Of a DNA stretch of 64,000 bases, positions 30,529-40,281 are shown in pieces; position 1 is the stretch's first letter; each line of letters begins with the position of its first letter. Below the pieces are notes generated by a model, which worked only from the letters and a program-made list of their open reading frames with translations, was not told the origin of the DNA and did not search any database. Origin of the DNA: an uncultured Ectothiorhodospiraceae bacterium (lineage in GTDB: Bacteria; Pseudomonadota; Gammaproteobacteria; CAMYNG01). Position numbers and translations under genes: made by a program. Location of the stretch: positions 30,219 through 94,218 of the forward strand of contig CAMYNG010000001.1 of NCBI GenBank assembly GCA_947259765.1, written 5' to 3'.

Positions 30529-31482
30529 ATGACACTGACCGAACTCCGTTATTTGGTAGCGGTGGCGCGAGAGCGCCACTTCGGACGTGCGGCGGATCAG
30601 TGTCACGTTAGCCAGCCTACCTTGAGTGTGGCCATTAAAAAGCTTGAAGACGAGCTGGGTGTGCTGGTTTTTGAGCGCGGACCACACGAAGTCAGCCTGA
30701 CACCGCTCGGTGAACAAATTGTTACCCAGGCCAAACGTACCCTGGAGGAAGCGGACCAGATCCGTCAGCTTGCCAAAGCGGGCAAGGATCAATTGCACGG
30801 CTCACTACGTCTGGGAGCAATCTATACCATCGGTCCCTATCTGCTGCCGCACCTGATACCTAAATTACTCGACCAGGCACCGCACATGCCGCTGGTCATT
30901 GAAGAAAACTACACGGCAAGTTTAACCGAGCAACTCAAGCGCGGCGCGTTGGACGTTATTGTTGTCGCCCTGCCGTTTAACGAACCGGGCATTGTATCTA
31001 CACCATTGTATGAGGAACCCTTTGTTGCGGTATTACCCGCATCTCACCCGTGGCGTGAACATGAGCGTATTCCTTTACAGGATCTCGGTAAGGAAACGCT
31101 GTTACTGTTAGGCGCCGGGCACTGCTTTCGCGATCAGGTTTTATCGGCGTGCCCGGATTGTTTGCACGGCGGCGCAGGTGACAATGGTTTGGCGAAAAAT
31201 CTCGAGGGCGGGTCGCTGGAGACTATACGTCATATGGTCGCCTCGGGCATGGGCATCACCATATTGCCGTGTACCGCCGCGGGTGCCGATCGATACTCAC
31301 AACGTTTGATCGTTATACGCAGATTTGCAGACCCCGTGCCGTCACGCACGGTGGCGCTGGCGTGGCGAACCTCATTTCCACGACCCAAAGCGATTGATGC
31401 CTTGCGACAGGCCATCCTGGAATGCGATTTAAGTTGTACGCAAGCGGTGTCGAATCCCGGCACGCTCAAGAAAAGAACATGA
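30529..31482 (+). CDS. oxyR: LysR-family peroxide sensor OxyR
   Basis: It has a LysR HTH (LRYLVAVARERHFGRAADQCHVSQPTLS). The redox pair GHCFRDQVLSAC has the same C-x8-C spacing as E. coli C199/C208 (GHCLRDQAMGFC). Confidence 0.9.
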   Translation: MTLTELRYLVAVARERHFGRAADQCHVSQPTLSVAIKKLEDELGVLVFERGPHEVSLTPLGEQIVTQAKRTLEEADQIRQLAKAGKDQLHGSLRLGAIYTIGPYLLPHLIPKLLDQAPHMPLVIEENYTASLTEQLKRGALDVIVVALPFNEPGIVSTPLYEEPFVAVLPASHPWREHERIPLQDLGKETLLLLGAGHCFRDQVLSACPDCLHGGAGDNGLAKNLEGGSLETIRHMVASGMGITILPCTAAGADRYSQRLIVIRRFADPVPSRTVALAWRTSFPRPKAIDALRQAILECDLSCTQAVSNPGTLKKRT

Positions 31483-32627
31483 AACCGATTGTGATTGTTG
31501 GCACCGGGCTGGCGGGATACACCCTGGCACGTGAATGGCGCAAGCATGATCAGACGCGGCCGTTGGTGATGATAACCAACGACGATGGCGCGTTTTATTC
31601 CAAGCCGATGTTATCCAATGCGCTGGCACAGTCGAAAACGGCCGCTGATCTGGCAACAGCCAATGCCACAAAAATGGCCGGCGATCTAAATGCGGACATA
31701 AAAACGCGAACTCGTGTGGCTCGGTTGGAGCCTGATGCCCGCCGCATAAATACCGATGCAGGCGAGGTCGTCGACTATCATAAACTTGTGCTCGCCGTGG
31801 GTGCGTCACCCATACGCCTGTCCCTCGCCGGTGATGCCGCGGATCAGGTGCTCTCGGTTAACAATCTGACTGACTATGCCTGCTTTCGGCAGCACTTGAG
31901 TGGAAAGCAAAACGTGCTGGTGATGGGACCGGGACTTATCGGTTGTGAGTTCGCTAATGATCTGATTGGTGACGGTTATACGGTCACCGTGGTGGGTCCC
32001 GACGCCACGCCACTGGGACGCATGTTGCCTGAAGCCGCTGGTGAACAATTAAAAGCGGCCCTGGAGAGCTTAGGTGTGCGTTGGGAACTGACTAACACTG
32101 TCAGCTCAATCAACAAACAGGACAAACAACTCCGGGTTCAACTGGATAACAATAGGGTGTTGTCGGCGGATCTCGTGCTATCCGCCGTCGGTCTTCGGCC
32201 CAATACGGAATTGGCACAGCGTGCCGGCCTGGTGGTTAGCCGCGGAATTAAAGTGGATCGCATGTTGCGCACCAGTAACGAAAATATTTTTGCACTGGGC
32301 GACTGCGCGGAGGTCGCCGGCCTGGTCCTGCCCTATGTCATGCCCTTGATGAACGCGGCGCGCGCACTGGCGAAAACGCTCGCGGGCGATCCCACGCCCG
32401 TGACTTATCCGGTTATGCCGGTGGTTATAAAAACTCCGGCCTGTCCAGTTGTGGTGCAGCCACCGCCCGCGGAAACGCCGGGTCAGTGGCACATCGAAAA
32501 TCGCGAAGCGGGCATTGTGGCGCGATTTCTTGGTGAACAAAATGAACTGCTGGGTTTTGCGCTGACCGCGGGTGCGGTGGCGGAGAAATCAATACTAATG
32601 AAAGAGGTCCCGCCGCTGTTGGTGTAG
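31479..32627 (+). CDS. FAD/NAD(P)H pyridine-nucleotide-disulfide-family reductase, rubredoxin-reductase-like
   Basis: The start forms an ATGA overlap with the oxyR stop. Two dinucleotide-binding motifs are present (IVIVGTGLAGYT, VLVMGPGLIGCE), plus ALGDCAE. Overall it resembles RubB/AlkT. Confidence 0.85.
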   Translation: MKPIVIVGTGLAGYTLAREWRKHDQTRPLVMITNDDGAFYSKPMLSNALAQSKTAADLATANATKMAGDLNADIKTRTRVARLEPDARRINTDAGEVVDYHKLVLAVGASPIRLSLAGDAADQVLSVNNLTDYACFRQHLSGKQNVLVMGPGLIGCEFANDLIGDGYTVTVVGPDATPLGRMLPEAAGEQLKAALESLGVRWELTNTVSSINKQDKQLRVQLDNNRVLSADLVLSAVGLRPNTELAQRAGLVVSRGIKVDRMLRTSNENIFALGDCAEVAGLVLPYVMPLMNAARALAKTLAGDPTPVTYPVMPVVIKTPACPVVVQPPPAETPGQWHIENREAGIVARFLGEQNELLGFALTAGAVAEKSILMKEVPPLLV

Positions 32628-32750
32628 GCAAGGTAGGCCCTTTAGAAAAGCCCTACAATAATCAATACATAGCTCAGTATCTGTCCTATCTGTCTTGGCT
32701 TTCAACAAAGTACAGATTTCGCACTAAGCCATATATTTCCCTCATACCTA

Positions 32751-32798
32751 TTGACATGATACCAATAGGTACTATATTAATATAATACCAAACGGTAT
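32751..32798 (+). promoter_or_regulatory. Sigma70-type promoter with two copies of a 14-bp palindromic operator-like site
   Basis: TTGACA lies at 32751-32756, followed 16 nt later by TATATT at 32773-32778. ATACCAATAGGTAc is at 32759-32772 and ATACCAAACGGTAT at 32785-32798. Both sit directly upstream of the ArsR operon. Confidence 0.45.
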
Positions 32799-32814
32799 TA
32801 TATTGAGAAGCCAC

Positions 32815-32997
32815 ATGCAGACACGCCATTATTTATTGTGGGCAGTAGCAATACTCGCATTTACCGGCAGTGCTTTGCCCATTAGCGCAGAGCAGCATGA
32901 ACCGGTCACCCGTATCGTAGTTCATAACCACGATGTAAACGTCATAGACAAAAACGAAACTTCTACTCCAACGCAATTGTTACAAGTTTTCAAATGA
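32815..32997 (+). CDS. Small secreted hypothetical protein (60 aa)
   Basis: A signal-peptide-like N-terminus is present (LLWAVAILAFTGSALPISA). The stop overlaps the arsR-family start as ATGA, which argues for translational coupling. Confidence 0.5.
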   Translation: MQTRHYLLWAVAILAFTGSALPISAEQHEPVTRIVVHNHDVNVIDKNETSTPTQLLQVFK

Positions 32998-33326
32998 AGC
33001 AAAACGTACAAGACTCCTTCAGGGCTTTGGCTGACCCCACTCGTCGTATGATTTTGATGCATTTAAGCAGCAAGGATATGACGATCGGGGAACTCACCGA
33101 TCATTTCGATATGACGAGAGCCGCGGTCAAGAAGCACCTGAACATTCTTGAAAATGGCAGGCTGATTTCTGTCCACAGCAGCGGACGCGAGCGGATCAAT
33201 AGACTTGAACCTATGGGGTTGAAGTCAGTATCTGACTGGCTGAACTATTTTGACCGTTTCTGGGATGAGCGCCTGAATAATTTAAAAAATGCAATCGACG
33301 CTGAACAAGGAAAAGACGATGTCTAG
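32994..33326 (+). CDS. ArsR/SmtB-family transcriptional regulator
   Basis: The ArsR HTH_20 signature is present: FRALADPTRRMILMHLSSKDMTIGELTDHFDMTRAAVKKHLNILENGRLI. Confidence 0.9.
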   Translation: MKQNVQDSFRALADPTRRMILMHLSSKDMTIGELTDHFDMTRAAVKKHLNILENGRLISVHSSGRERINRLEPMGLKSVSDWLNYFDRFWDERLNNLKNAIDAEQGKDDV

Positions 33327-33771
33327 TACAACTCTAACTAAAACATTCATATTCGCGGCTTCTCGTGAAACGATTTGGTCCTTTCTAACGGAGAAAGACA
33401 AACTCGCGCAGTGGTTTCATCCTGCGACATCGGATTTTGTGGAGGGAGAGGAGTACGCCCTGGTTAAAGAGAATGACAAAGGTATACAGGTTAAACAGTG
33501 CTGGGGTACGGTTCTTCAAATGGATAAACCTAATACGCTTGTATATTCTTTCACCATAGAGCCTCTTGATGGTGCATTGACAACTGTCACCTGGATACTT
33601 GAAGAAATACAGGGCGGGACAAAATTAACGCTCCAGCATGAAGGAATAGCAGAGGCTGCAGGTGAAACTGCGATGGGACTTCTTTTGGCGTTGGATAAAG
33701 GCTGGGACAAGCACGTGGATACACTAAGAAATTCAGTAACATCAAGTTTTAATAGTGAATGCAGTCAATAA
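33319..33771 (+). CDS. SRPBCC-superfamily protein, AHSA1 (Aha1-like) domain
   Basis: The ATG at 33319 overlaps the regulator's 3' end by 8 nt. The pattern IWSFLTEKDKLAQWF...VTWILEE..GGTKLTLQHEG is typical of AHSA1 proteins encoded next to ArsR regulators. Confidence 0.8.
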   Translation: MSSTTLTKTFIFAASRETIWSFLTEKDKLAQWFHPATSDFVEGEEYALVKENDKGIQVKQCWGTVLQMDKPNTLVYSFTIEPLDGALTTVTWILEEIQGGTKLTLQHEGIAEAAGETAMGLLLALDKGWDKHVDTLRNSVTSSFNSECSQ

Positions 33772-33808
33772 CACAACACATGATAAGAACGTTCCAAGGA
33801 GAGTCATC

Positions 33809-34507
33809 GTGACAACTCACACCGTGGTATCACAGCAAGAATGGATTGCAGCCAGAAAGGAATTACTCGCGAAAGAAAAAGAATTTACACGTCTTCGTGA
33901 TCAATTAAGCGCAGAGCGACGTGAACTACCCTGGGTTAAAATCGAAAAAAATTATATATTTGATGGACCAGAAGGAAAACAAAGTCTCGCGGATCTATTC
34001 GATGGCAAGAGCCAGTTAATGATCTATCACTTTATGTTAGGCCCGGAGTGGGACGAAGGTTGCCCGAGTTGTTCCTTTTGGGCCGATAATTTTAATGGAA
34101 TCGACATTCATCTTGCGCATCGGGATATCAGTTTTCTTGCAGTATCAAGAGCGGGTAATGAGAAGATTGAATCGTATAAACAGCGCATGGGCTGGAACTT
34201 CAAATGGGTATCATCACTAAATAATGATTTTAATTATGATTTAGGCGTTTCATTTACGGCAGAAGAAAAAGCGGAAAATAAAATAACTTACAACTACTTA
34301 GAACAACCCTATTTTATTGACGAACTTGCCGGAGTAAGTGTGTTTTTCAAGAACGAGCAGGGAGAAATATTCCATACTTACTCTACCTATTCGCGTGGAC
34401 TCGATATATTGAACGGTGCTTATAACTACATTGACTTATCGCCGAAAGGACGTGATGAAGCAAGCGGCATAATGGCGTGGTTACGTCGCCATGACCAATA
34501 TGAATAA
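33809..34507 (+). CDS. DUF899 thioredoxin-like protein
   Basis: AAGGAGAG lies 5 nt upstream of the GTG at 33809. The blocks QEWIAARKELLAKEKEFTRLRDQLSAERRELPWV and LMIYHFMLGPEWDEGCPSCSFWAD are DUF899 hallmarks. Confidence 0.85.
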   Translation: MTTHTVVSQQEWIAARKELLAKEKEFTRLRDQLSAERRELPWVKIEKNYIFDGPEGKQSLADLFDGKSQLMIYHFMLGPEWDEGCPSCSFWADNFNGIDIHLAHRDISFLAVSRAGNEKIESYKQRMGWNFKWVSSLNNDFNYDLGVSFTAEEKAENKITYNYLEQPYFIDELAGVSVFFKNEQGEIFHTYSTYSRGLDILNGAYNYIDLSPKGRDEASGIMAWLRRHDQYE

Positions 34508-34731
34508 ACAGCCAAAAAATTCAACCAGGACAATTTACTCAATGAGCAAAACGTCGACTACTGAAGTTTTAAGTGCTCGGACCCCTTGATTCAGACGTTT
34601 CTGATGCGCTATTCCCAGCACCGAATTGGTGCATTAATCCATGCACTTGAACCCATGTACTAAACTTAGTGTACAAATTCGTTTCCGGTTTGAATATTAG
34701 AGGGCGCTAACCCTGTTCTAAGGAGGAGACC

Positions 34732-35124
34732 ATGAGCACAACAGGACGTATTACTGCTTGGTTTTATCCGGCCCTGCTTAACCTTATTGCCATTCCATCT
34801 TTGTTCGCTGCAGAGCCAGGGTCGCCCCAGCACTATCCTGGGCCAGGGTGGGGAATGCATGGCTTTGGATTCTGGTGGATCTTCCCGATAATTTTTATCG
34901 TACTGATGGTCGTGATGTGTGTCTCCATGATGAGGGGTGGTGGCATGGGTTGCATGTGGCGTGACAGACATATGGGCAGTCCGGAGTCCCGTGACCTGAC
35001 GAAACGGTCGGAGGGTGACTCGGCCGAATCCGCATTGGATATTTTGGACAAGCGTTTTGCCAAGGGTGAAATAACCAAAGAAGAGTACGCGGAAACGAAG
35101 AGTTTAATCGGCAACAAAACTTAA
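34732..35124 (+). CDS. Membrane protein with a C-terminal SHOCT domain
   Basis: AAGGAGGAG lies upstream of the start. A signal/TM region and a Met/Gly/Cys-rich TM helix are followed by the SHOCT-like ALDILDKRFAKGEITKEEYAETKSLI. Confidence 0.7.
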   Translation: MSTTGRITAWFYPALLNLIAIPSLFAAEPGSPQHYPGPGWGMHGFGFWWIFPIIFIVLMVVMCVSMMRGGGMGCMWRDRHMGSPESRDLTKRSEGDSAESALDILDKRFAKGEITKEEYAETKSLIGNKT

Positions 35125-35582
35125 TGAAGTGCCTGCTGCATCCAGATGTGGGTTACTACATTTGGCAAAACGCGAAAAGTTATAACGTATACGAGGTGGT
35201 TTTTTAGATGAAATTAAAAACCCAAAAAGAAAAAGGGGGGCAGCATTTAGGGAGGACAGACGATGAGCATTACACTCTTTCGCATCTTTTACCGAAGATG
35301 CCTACCGATATGCGTGCGGATTTTGTGAATTAAACAAACTCAGTACTCGTCCATAACGATTGTATCAAGTCGTTCGCTCTGCTCACCGGCACGCTTCGTC
35401 GCAGTACGTTTTGCGCCCCTTATGCGGACCGTTGTCACTATCCCCTTTTTCTCCAGGCGCTAACACAAAAACTTTACGCTAATCGCCTCGAACGGGTTTA
35501 TACAAGAATTTTTGTAATGGTACAGGAGTTAGTAATTGAGATTCTTCTTGCTAGGTAATTTCGGCTGGAAATGGAGAAAATC

Positions 35583-36632
35583 ATGAACTACAAAATGGCT
35601 CGAACAAAAGTTGTTGGCATCGTAATTATATTACTGTTTGCACTATCTGTAGTCTGGTTTTGGCCAGTCTATAGCGAGGTACAAGCAATGAAGGCGCCTA
35701 ACTACGAGCAAGGGGTGCATAAAGGGGCTCTCTTTTGCGCGCAATGTCATCGCGGTATTTACGATGAATGGTCAACTCGCTCGTTACATGCTGTGGCAAC
35801 GACCGGTGCGTCGTTCAAGGATTACTTGGGTAAGTTTAAGAATAATTATCTATTAAACACGTTTATTACTGATGACGTGTGTTATGCCTGTCATGGTGAA
35901 AAAGCGAATGCTGATGGAGTCAGCTGCGAGGTTTGCCATGGGACGATTATAGCGAATGTGCCTATCATGGAGACGCATAGGATAAAGTATAAACCTGGGC
36001 TCAAGACATTACGTGAAGAAGACTTCTGTGCAAAATGCCATGATCTGAGGAGCCCCTTATCCCAAGATGATATCTTTTCTGTGCAGGGAGAATGGCGTGA
36101 CAGTCACGCTGCCGCCAAAGGAAAGACTTGTCAGAGCTGTCATATGAAAAAGGTCGCTGGTGGTTTTAGTTATCATGGTTTTGATTCGGCTCATCGCGAT
36201 GTAGCCATTTATAAAAATGATGTAAAGATACAAATCGAAAGCCTGGCCTTTCCGCGTTTTAGCCTGGAGATCGCGAATCAGATAACCGGGCATGCACTAC
36301 CACCCAGTGGGCCAACCCGCGTTATGGTGCTGGAAATTACTTTTCTTGATAAAAACGGTGAAGAACAACACCGAGCACAAGAAACCTTTGGTAAAAAATA
36401 CAAGCTTATGCCGTTTGCGGGCCTTTTTCCCAATCGCCTAATTAAAAATACACAACTGCAAAGTGGCGAGGTGCGACTACTCAATTTTACACTGCCTGCC
36501 TCCTTGGAGGGTAAAATAGACAAGGCGGTCGCTACCTTGAGATTCTACGGTGTTTCGGATGAACACCAAGGCGATATTAAACACGCACATTGGATAAGCG
36601 AACCCATACTTACTGAGAAATTTGCGTTTTGA
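35583..36632 (+). CDS. Membrane-anchored pentaheme c-type cytochrome
   Basis: Five CxxCH motifs are present (CAQCH, CYACH, CEVCH, CAKCH, CQSCH), followed by a ~150-aa heme-free C-terminal domain. An N-terminal TM helix is present. GGAG lies upstream of the ATG at 35583, and the ORF is open from 35571. Confidence 0.85.
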   Translation: MNYKMARTKVVGIVIILLFALSVVWFWPVYSEVQAMKAPNYEQGVHKGALFCAQCHRGIYDEWSTRSLHAVATTGASFKDYLGKFKNNYLLNTFITDDVCYACHGEKANADGVSCEVCHGTIIANVPIMETHRIKYKPGLKTLREEDFCAKCHDLRSPLSQDDIFSVQGEWRDSHAAAKGKTCQSCHMKKVAGGFSYHGFDSAHRDVAIYKNDVKIQIESLAFPRFSLEIANQITGHALPPSGPTRVMVLEITFLDKNGEEQHRAQETFGKKYKLMPFAGLFPNRLIKNTQLQSGEVRLLNFTLPASLEGKIDKAVATLRFYGVSDEHQGDIKHAHWISEPILTEKFAF

Positions 36633-36892
36633 CTAAACTCCGAGTCTCGTTAATCAAACTGTTAAATTTCAAGAATTTTTATGGAAACAATATACAGATA
36701 TGAACTATTCAGTTTTTATAATGTTGTATCACAATTTGCATTTTTAGCATTTATATTGAGTTGTAGTTTCTTTATCGTATTATTCATAAAACATAAAATG
36801 ATTTAATCCAGACACCCATTGTAAATTGACATTGCGCTTAACCATAACTACTGTCAGGAACTTATAATCTTTGAAGGTCAAAGGAGCTGACC

Positions 36893-37419
36893 ATGCCCAA
36901 GCCACGTCGTAGCCAGGTGTCCCTGGACGCCACCCCTTATTATCACTGTGTCTCCCGCTGTGTGCGCCGAGCCTTTCTCTGCGGTACGGATACACTTTCC
37001 GGCCATTCCTACGAACACCGCCGCCAATGGATTGAGGATAAACTGTATGCATTGAGCCAGGTCTTTGCCCTGGATCTATGTGCCTATGCGGTGATGTCCA
37101 ATCATTACCACGTGGTGCTGTATATCGATGCCAAGCAAGCTGAGAGTTGGTCTCGGTACGACGTGATCGAACGCTGGCATCAGTTGTTTAATGGGACGCT
37201 CTTCTGTCGGCGCCATGCTCGTGGCGAGGCCTTGAGCAAGATGGAACTCAACGTGCTGGACAAGGATGTGGCTATCTGGCGGCAACGGCTGATGGATATC
37301 AGCTGGTTTATGCGGGTACTGATGGATATCAGCTGGTTTATGCGGGTACTGAATGAGGCCATAGCCCGCCAGGCCAATACCGCTCTGAGCATTCAGGACA
37401 AAGGCAGAAAGAACACGGT
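36893..37419 (+). pseudogene. Truncated HUH/Y1 (IS200-like, COG1943-type) transposase remnant
   Basis: AAAGGAG lies upstream of the start. The N-terminus PRRSQVSLDATPYYHCVSRCVRRAFLCG and the HUH motif AVMSNHYHVVLY are present. Recognisable similarity ends near NEAIARQAN (~37380), roughly half the length I recall for this family. The ORF then runs antisense into ligA. Confidence 0.75.
37291..37350 (+). repeat. Perfect 30-bp tandem duplication inside the transposase remnant
   Basis: gatggatatcagctggtttatgcgggtact occurs at 37291-37320 and again at 37321-37350. The duplication is in-frame and doubles MDISWFMRVL. Confidence 0.95.
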
Positions 37420-39447
<2,028 letters not shown>

Positions 39448-40254
39448 CTATACCGGGCGTTGTTTGACGCCCGCCATTCGCACCTTGAAGCGGTAGGCTT
39501 CGATTTCCTCTTTCAGGTGGCTAACGGTTTGCGCGGTGACCACACTGCGTGAATCGTCGCACAGTTCGCCGTCCAGCGCCTCTGCCAACCCCATACCCAC
39601 CTGTAGGGTCTTATCAAAAGCAGCGCGCGATTCGGTTGGCCCCGGCAATTGCATAAAGAGCGTCAGGCCCGGTGAGCTGAAGTCCGACCAGTTCTCCGTA
39701 TCAAACGTGCCGGGCTCAACGGCGTTGGCAAGACTGCACACGGGCTGTCTGTCTATCGTCTTAGCTTGTTCACTGTCCTCATCTGAATAACAGTGAAAAA
39801 TTTGCATATCGCCAAACTCAAGACCGACCCGCTGCAGGGCGTCTGCCACCTTTTGACCGGCAAACGGCTGGGTATCCGAGGGCATGATGCGTAATACGAT
39901 CAATAGTTCCTCACCACTTATTTGTTCCTGTGCGCTACCGGAGAGCTCCAACGCGTTGACGTCATCTTCCGTTGGCGAGTCATCTTCAGCCAGAGCGTCG
40001 TCTACGGCCACCGGTGCGGCTGAAAATTCAGGCAGGCTGTCAAGATCTTCGATGCCGTCCTCTTCCACAACGTCATCCAGCACGGGCGGCTCTTCGCCTT
40101 TGGGGAAAAAGCGTTCGTACAGTGTGCTGATTAATGGAGAGGGGTTAAGAAACTTAAGTGAAAACGCGTCGGCCTGCGAGCGTTTGCTCCAGAAATAGAT
40201 ACCGGCGACCAGAACCGCGCCGATGATGAGCAGACTCAGGCGCAGTGCATCCAT
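39448..40254 (-). CDS. zipA: Cell-division protein ZipA
   Basis: An N-terminal TM anchor is followed by an acidic linker. The C-terminal FtsZ-binding domain aligns to E. coli ZipA (FGDMQIFHCY...SLANAVEPGTFD...PGLTLFMQLP). The gene abuts ligA. Confidence 0.9.
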   Translation of the reverse strand: MDALRLSLLIIGAVLVAGIYFWSKRSQADAFSLKFLNPSPLISTLYERFFPKGEEPPVLDDVVEEDGIEDLDSLPEFSAAPVAVDDALAEDDSPTEDDVNALELSGSAQEQISGEELLIVLRIMPSDTQPFAGQKVADALQRVGLEFGDMQIFHCYSDEDSEQAKTIDRQPVCSLANAVEPGTFDTENWSDFSSPGLTLFMQLPGPTESRAAFDKTLQVGMGLAEALDGELCDDSRSVVTAQTVSHLKEEIEAYRFKVRMAGVKQRPV

Positions 40255-40281
40255 CGTAATCCGAATGCGTAGGCCATCATG

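Noticed and set aside
35263-35328. A 21-codon ORF (MSITLFRIFYRRCLPICVRIL) with GGGAGGA 6 nt upstream.
   Set aside because: It is too short to support without conservation or expression data. I note it only as a candidate small peptide in the island's non-coding gap.
35351-35437. An integron attC-like stretch (cataacgattgtatcaagtcgttcgctctgctcaccggc...gcggaccgttgtcac).
   Set aside because: The putative R''/R' cores do not fit RYYYAAC/GTTRRRY, the arms pair at only ~9/17 positions, and no intI or cassette array is nearby.
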